NCBI GenBank assembly: GCA_964234715.1
Contig: OZ174287.1
DNA length: 64,000 bases
Strand: one strand, 5' to 3'
Origin: Podarcis melisellensis
Taxonomy: Eukaryota
The position numbers and the translations under genes were made by a program. How positions within the stretch are numbered: the first letter of the stretch is position 1; each line of letters opens with the position of its first letter. This document shows, in pieces, positions 58,001 to 64,000 of this stretch. The notes below the pieces were generated by a model. The model was not told the DNA's origin and ran no database searches. It worked only from the letters and a program-made list of their open reading frames with translations.

Positions 58001-60978
58001 AAATCTAAATTGAATGATGCACCCAGTTCCCATTATGAACTGCTTCTGTACTCCAGCTGAATCGTGGCACAAACACACACCCAGCCCTGGAAACTGGGAC
58101 AAAAGTAAACAGAGGGGACTTTCTAAATCTCTCACTGAAAGTCCCAGCTCCATAGTAGCTACTGGTCAAGGCCCTGCGATCACCATCGACTGTGCCAGAA
58201 AACAGGTGGGCAGGCATAGAGTCTGACTGTCGTCTTCTTTGCGTTGCTCAGGGGCCTGCTGAACTGGAGGACAAGGCTGAGGCGCTTCCTTGTCAAGAAG
58301 CTGAAAGAGCAAGCCAAGGAAATAGATATCAAGTAAGAGGGGCAGGGAGGGGGCTGGCAAGGTTCTGCTTATGGGGCAGCCAGCTATATAGGCTGGGGGA
58401 GGGAAGCGGTCTGGATTTGCAAAGCCTATTTTCCCTGTTTTCAGCCTGAGCTCTGGTGAGGAGGGCGAAGGGGAGGACGAACCACAGCCTGAGCGGACGA
58501 GTCCAGAGACCCCGAGCAGAGAGGAGCCAGACGAGAAAGAAGAGGAGGAGGAGCTGGAGCTCAAACTGGCAGAGCTCAAGGCCCAAGAGATGGCCGAACT
58601 GAAGAGGTGGGTGGTTTTTGCAGCCCCAAATTGCCAGCTCCATTTGTGTCTGATGACAAAGGGCTGCAAGGAGGGACCACGTGGTGTTCCAGAACTTCTA
58701 GGGGAAGCTGGTTGACAGGTGGGCGGGGGCTGTGGGAAGCCTGGAACGGTAGAGATGCCCCTCATGCACAAGCCACCAGAGAGCAGTGTTAGAAACTTGG
58801 ATATATAAGCTGGGCACCCTTATGGCTTCTTAAACCAGGATTACAGTTGCTGAAACGGAATGCCTAGTTGACAGCTCGAAAGTACTATTTTTCAATATGA
58901 CTTTTTGGAGCCTGAAATTCATTCTGGTTGTGCAGATAAAATAACATGGGATGTGTTGCTACTGTGTGAAAACAGTCAAGATCCAAGTGTCCCCAGGCAT
59001 GCACCTCCAAATGGTGGAGACCTCAGGCGCCATCATGGTACCCAGGCATCTTTACTTGTTCACAAGTGACCAATAGCCAAGTGCGCCTGGGGAATTTCGA
59101 ACATTGGCCCAGGGGGTGGGCCATCTTCCTCTTTCTCACTGTTGCCCTTGCAGAACTCCTTGTCAGCCTGGATAGCTCACTTGGTTAGAGCGTGGTGCTG
59201 ATAACACCAAGGTTGCAGGTTTGATCCCCGTAGGGGACAGTTGCAAATTCCTGCATTGCAGGGGGGGACTAGATGATCTTGGAAGTCCCATCCAGCTCTA
59301 CATTTCTGTGAGTCTATGAACTCAGCAGGGGATGAAAGTAGCGTTAGTTAGCTCTTCCTGCCATTGGCTCCTGCTCCAACTATTACTTTGGCCCCCTGCC
59401 TTCCGTCCCAGCCATTCCAACGGTCTCCATCCACCACGTCACCATCTTTTTCTTTGCCAACACCAGGAAGAAACGCAAGATCCTGCGTGAGCGACGGCGG
59501 CAGCGAGAGCGCGTTGAGCTCAAGATGGATCTTCCCGGCGTTTCTGTCGCCGATGACGGTGACACTGGCATGTTCTCCCTCCGGGCCATCAGCAAAAGTC
59601 AGGTAAGCAGGAAGTGTTGCAAACATGCATTCAAAGTACGGGCCCTGGAGGATTCGTCTTAGTCCATCTTTCCACCACCTGATGCCCTCCAGATATTGTT
59701 TGCCTGCCATTGCCCCCCAGCCAGAATGAGTGATTGCCTGTTCATTGTTACTGGTAGGTGAGGCCCACTCGGTGGCTCCTGCTCTGAAGGTGGCCAGCGC
59801 AGGGGCCTGTGGAAGAGCCTTTTTGGTGGTGGCTTCACAGTTGTCATGTGCCTTTACAGTCTTTGTTTTGGCAGCGGGTGGAGACACACCTCTTTCATCA
59901 AGCTTCTAGAGGTGTGATGAGTAAAGCCAGTTCTAAGTATGATACAAGTTCCTCCTAATTCACATATCCTGTTGAACTCATATGATGCTTGACCCACCCA
60001 TGTGCTTGGAGGGAAGTCCATAATTTAGGAGCTGCCATGGAGAATGCCCACTTCTGAGGGCGGTGGGACTACCAAGGGTCCCTCACCCACATTTATAACA
60101 CCCAAAAGGGTCTGTAAGGATGGATCCTTCAGATATTTGGGTCTTAAGTTTTAATAATTTTGCTATGTTTTAATAATTTTGCTATGCTAATGATTCTGTT
60201 TTGTAGCGTCTTGCCCTGTGCCTGTTGCAATGAAGGGCATTATAAACACGCTTTAATAAACAAGGAGAACTTCTATTGTTCATATTTGTCTATTTAGTAC
60301 ATTTATATGCTACCAAGGAGCTCCAAGTTGTACGCATGGTTCTTTCTCACCCTACCAAAAATATATATATACTGTCTCAACAGCCCTGGCGCCCAAGGTC
60401 ACCTGAGTGGGGGTTCGAAGCCTCGTATCCCTTGTCTTAGTCTGACACTCTAACCATTGCACTACACTGCCTAGAGTGAGCAGCTTGGAAGAGTGGTAGC
60501 AGCTCCCAGCGGTAAGGAGAGCTGCCCTCTAAGATGGTCCCGCCTTCCTTTGACACATCCCATACACACACCTGTGCTCTTCCACTTCTAGTTGCTGAAT
60601 GAGGTTTTCAAGGGAGACATGGCGGCCGCAGATACCTTCGTGGCGACAGCAGCAGGTGCAGACGATGACCTCTCGCTTTCAGAAGGGGGAGACTCCGACG
60701 ACGACATGTCTCTGGCCAGCGAGCTGGACGAGGAGGAGATGGCGGAGGTTGAGGAGCGGTCAAGGCAGATGAAGCGGGCCCAGGCCCCACAGCTGAGGTA
60801 CCCAAGGGGGGCGGGAAGATGCAAGGCAGGTTGGCTGCAGTAATGAGGTTGGCTTTACGTTCTGGAGGGAGGCGGAGAGAGACACCGCAGGTGGTCTCCT
60901 CACCTGAGCAGCACTAAACCTGGGGGTGAAAATTACTGCAAGATCATGGCTCCCCCTTCTGTGGAAAAGAAGGATCCG

Positions 60979-61039
<61 letters not shown>

Positions 61040-63516
61040 CGCAGAAGCCTGGGGGGCTGGAAAATCAGGTGGAATTATTACCTTGAGGATCTGCTTTCTA
61101 GAACGATTGCTAGAAGCAGGGGGAAAAGACATCACAAAATTGCTGACCTCGAAAGCCAAACTGTTATCTATTTGTGATTTTTTTTTAAAAAATGCCTCAC
61201 ACAAATAGTTAAAGATAAAACTGTACTTGTCAGGTTGGCAACATTTGAACAGTAAGTGTTGTTTACAAGCTCCTCCAAGCAGCATCTGCATGAGGTCCCC
61301 TCACCTTCTCAGTCAAGCTAGAACTATTTGAAATAACCAAGCAACTGTCAACTCCCAACTGCCACTTCCTTTCCGCAACGTCATTTATTGAATGTGAATG
61401 CAATGTACTGGAAGATCATGTATCCCCCTTCTGTGGAAAAGAAGGATCTGAACTCGGAGAGGGAGAAAGAGAAAGGGGGGAGGAGCAGGACAGGAGCTGG
61501 GGGGCTGGACAGTCGGGTGAAGTTACTACCTTGAGGGTCTGCTTTCTAGAACAATTGCTAGAAACAGGGGGGGGGGGGAGAGACACCATAAAAACACTGA
61601 CGTAGAAAGCCCAGCTTGCCTTTATTCTGCTCCCATCCCTGGAGATAAAGGAATTGTTTTGGTTTTGGTTTTGTTTTATAAGCTGCTTTAAACAGTGTCA
61701 GACCATTGCTCCATCTAGCTCAGTATTGTCTACACTGACTGGCAGCAGCTCTGTAGGATTTCAAGCAGGGGACATCCCATGCCCACCTGCCAATGCCGGG
61801 GACTGAACCTGCAAATCAAAAGCTCTTGTCAACGAGCTACACCCCTTTCCCCCCAAATGCTCAAGGCAATAGGGTGTGGACAGATATTATTCAGTCGCCC
61901 GTTAACCCTCAATATGCCTCTTAGGTGGGATTTCCTTATTCCTCCCAAGTGGGAGTTCCTAGTCCTCCAACAGCAGTAGGGATACACCTGTGAGTCCAAC
62001 CAATCTCCCTCCCACCCATCTCCGGTGGGCTACAGGTGGGTCTCGTGTGTTTCCAGTGCTTCGAGCTCTGCTGGAGTTCTGGCCAATGTGTTTACAGGGT
62101 TGCCAAGGAAGAGGAAGAGGAGAGCGCCGAGGCAGAGAACCCACTTTTGGTGGCGCTAGAGAGCAAGGAGGAGCGGCAGGAACATCAAGCGAGTCTGTGG
62201 TTTGGCAAGGTGAGCATCTCCTGATAAGGTTCTTTGGCCTCCTCCATGACCAATGATGGCATAGCTCAGGACTGGGTGACCTGTGGCCCCGCCCAGTGTT
62301 GCTGAACTGCAGCTCCCATAGATCCCTGACAACTGGCCGGGCTTGCTGGGGCTGATGGGAGTTGGGAGTTCAACAACAACATCCGGAGGGTGGCAGCTTC
62401 CCCACCCCTTGGTCTAGTGGGAACGCTAAGAGCATCATTATTGGAGTGTCATGTTAGATTGGCTCAGCTTTCCAGATGGGTGCCCTGCAGCCAGAGTAGG
62501 TAGCTAGCTATTCTAGGAAGCAGCACCTTGTTTGAGCAAGGAATGCTTCCAGCTGTGCCCTTCACGTTTCTGTTATCTGCTGTCCAGGAAGCTTTTGCTG
62601 GGATTGACGACGATGCTGATGAGGCACTAGAGATTGGGCAGGCGCAAGTTCTGTCCCAGAACCGGGCAGAACCTCCCCCAGGTAAGCAACATATTTGAGC
62701 CTGAAGGATGACAAAATCTATCCATTCCTTGAGCGACTAAATGCAGACTTCCAGTGTCTGCTGATTTCAGGGGTGACAGCAGAGCTAGCAACTTCTTGAA
62801 CAGTGGTAGGATTTACATTGCCTTCAGTAACCAGAAGAGCTAATATTGAATCCAGGCTTGAAGACTGATTTGCTATTGCAGAAAAGCCTGTGAATATAGA
62901 CTGCCGATAAGCTGTTGGTTTTTCACACTTACCATATATGAAGGGATTTCATATACTAAGCTTGGCATCCATGTACACTGGTGGAGGAAGAGGAGTGCGG
63001 GGGGAGCGCACTGCCCCTGGCAGTGCGATCCCGGCAGGGTGCCATCGCGGCCGCACGCCCCGCCCCCGCAGGCAGTGCGCCATGCCCCTGTAGGCGGTAC
63101 ACCCCGCCCCCATGACGCACGCCAGCCCTGCCCCCCGCCTGCTCTCCACTCCACACACACACACACACACCCCGGTACTGGAGCATGAAACTCCGTCACT
63201 GTCCATGTATGTGAATCTTGACTCTCTGGGGCTGAGCCTCCTTCTTCGTTCCCTCCCCCCCACACTCACGTTTGCCCCAGGCCAGTTAGTTCAGGATGAC
63301 TGATGGTAGGCGAGGGAGAGATTTTCTCACCCTGTCTGTGGTTTTCTCTTACACAGCCCCCAAAAATACAAAGAGGAAAAAGACGCAGCCCCGGTCTGGT
63401 GCTGCGCTCGAAACGACACTCGAGGTAGGCCCAAAGCCTGAAGGTCCTACAGGTGCAGCTGAGGGGAAGGGTTCTGACACGGGGGAGAGTGACAGCAGCG
63501 ACAGTGATGATGAAAG
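45644..63516 (+). CDS. FTSJ3: pre-rRNA 2'-O-ribose methyltransferase FTSJ3 (Spb1 homologue); first 16 coding exons, 3' part lies beyond the window
   Basis: Exons: 45644-45710, 48458-48563, 50639-50685, 52354-52433, 53044-53143, 54180-54374, 54925-55040, 56760-56864, 57188-57288, 58252-58332, 58445-58606, 59467-59602, 60592-60797, 62098-62209, 62588-62681, 63357-63516; phases consistent. [35 protein letters not shown]-binding [14 protein letters not shown] tetrad (FKL, NDGAP, SKVF, SAEIF). No stop reached; the last exon ends at a GT donor. Confidence 0.96.
45964..46153 (+). mobile_element. tRNA-derived SINE (Squam3-like) interrupted by (AAT)n and (TTACG)n repeats
   Basis: Head gggatagctgagtcggtagaacatgagac; AAT run about 45995-46047; tctcagggtcg; ttacg repeats 46060-46079; tail gcattgcagggggttggactagatgaccc...ttccaactctgcaattctgtgatt. 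Confidence 0.75.
47097..47804 (-). mobile_element. Probable solo LTR, about 708 bp
   Basis: TG...CA ends (tgtaaggg / catcaca). Read on minus: ATTGG near 47695, TATA-like TTTTAAAAG near 47665, AATAAA near 47162. No clean TSD. Confidence 0.5.
51891..52026. mobile_element. 136-bp hAT-type MITE
   Basis: TIRs cagtgtttctcaaactt / aagtttgggaaacactg; TSD acctagag / atctagag (1 mismatch); same core in the opposite orientation. Confidence 0.85.
54644..54884. mobile_element. Tigger/pogo-like MITE
   Basis: ta-tagtggtactcgg ... ccaaggtacgactg-ta; internal palindrome gattggctgca...tgcagccaatc; TA flanks. Confidence 0.75.
55734..56015 (+). mobile_element. CR1 LINE 3' fragment
   Basis: Translation like [25 protein letters not shown] followed by a CR1-type 3' UTR (tggactagatggg...catccagca). 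Confidence 0.7.
56035..56614 (+). mobile_element. 5'-truncated L1/Tx1-clade LINE
   Basis: Begins WWTC (end of the zinc knuckle); ORF 56141..56347 LLGI...[15 protein letters not shown]; A-rich tail; 16-bp TSD taaaatccttggcacc (56019-56034, 56615-56630). Confidence 0.88.
59168..59320 (+). mobile_element. tRNA-derived SINE with CR1-like tail (Squam3-like)
   Basis: ggatagctcacttggttagagcgtggtgctgataacaccaaggttgcaggtttgatcccc head plus the same tail as 4374-4520. Confidence 0.78.
60935..61611. repeat. Local direct duplication (copies 60935-61157 and 61407-61611) in FTSJ3 intron 13
   Basis: Shared blocks aagatcatg..cccccttctgtggaaaagaaggatc and taccttgagg.tctgctttctagaac.attgctagaa.cagggg ... ctgac...gaaagcc. 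Confidence 0.85.
60983..61036. repeat. (GA)n microsatellite
   Basis: Uninterrupted GA run of about 27 units. Confidence 0.95.
62976..63201. mobile_element. 226-bp GC-rich hAT-type non-autonomous DNA transposon
   Basis: Imperfect TIRs cactggtggag / ctccgtcactg; perfect 8-bp TSD tccatgta (62968-62975, 63202-63209). Confidence 0.8.
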
Positions 63517-63699
63517 GTGAAGTACTTTTAAAAGAAATGCATAATTTTTTTAAATTAATTTTAAAATTTTACATCCCACATGAACATCTTTCAACATACC
63601 AACCGCACTGCTCTAGAAGTTGAAGTCACATTCCTATGTTTTAGCCCAAAAAGTCCTTCCGCATATTGTCATAAGATTTTGGTGGACTGCACATACCGT

Positions 63700-64000
63700 C
63701 CTCTATTTCTCTTGTGCTGCTGCTCTAGGTTTCTTTGAAAAAATCACTGTTTTAAGCTCTCTCTTTCCATTGCACTCTCTTGCTTAATCCCTGTTGCCTC
63801 ACTTACCCAAATCCTTCTTAGGATCACCTTCATCGCCTCCCATGATGTTGCAGCTGAGATCAAGTAGGATTTTAGTTCTCATGAAATGGATCCAGCTATT
63901 AAATCATGCTGTGGTCAAGGATCAGTGGGATTGCTGCTGTTCCCAACTGTCTTCATCTGCTGCTATATTGTTATGTTTGGTTTTTGTAATGGTTCTAGGG
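63700..64000 (-). mobile_element. Decayed L1-clade ORF2 fragment
   Basis: Minus translation WEAMKVILRRIWVSEATGIKQE...LEQQHK with an in-frame stop resembles the WEAxKAxxRG motif after the L1 endonuclease domain. Confidence 0.5.

Noticed and set aside
59168-59240. tRNA-like sequence (also at 4374, 45964 and 53832)
   Set aside because: SINE heads: acceptor stems do not close and most continue into a CR1-like tail.
58166-59887. 201-aa and 179-aa minus ORFs
   Set aside because: Antisense shadows of FTSJ3 exons 10-12; the poly-Ser mirrors the Glu codons.
59913-60057. GTGATGA...CTGA as a C/D snoRNA (similar case at 49300-49421)
   Set aside because: Too long, no convincing terminal stem and no recognisable guide.

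Overview
Vertebrate genomic DNA, almost certainly a squamate reptile and probably a lacertid lizard (Sauria SINE, BovB, squamate-type tRNA/CR1-tail SINEs and hAT MITEs). It contains the conserved SMARCD2(+) - PSMC5(-) - FTSJ3(+) block. SMARCD2 is complete (13 coding exons, 8381-34851, 507 aa). PSMC5 is complete (12 coding exons, 45094-37218, 406 aa, one GC-AG intron). The first 16 coding exons of FTSJ3 are present (45644-63516) and the gene runs off the right edge. PSMC5 and FTSJ3 share a 549-bp bidirectional promoter. Introns carry many TE remnants, several with readable target-site duplications. The least explained signals are: (1) a chain of small, mostly symmetric phase-1 exons on the minus strand at 449-6998, divergent from SMARCD2, that may be an uncharacterised secreted or membrane protein gene; (2) a 207-bp spacerless palindrome built from two decayed Penelope-type hammerhead units in SMARCD2 intron 1; (3) a duplicated unit in FTSJ3 intron 13 that reads as antisense micro-exons. 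Coordinates were read by eye, TE boundaries without a TSD are approximate, and no database search was run.
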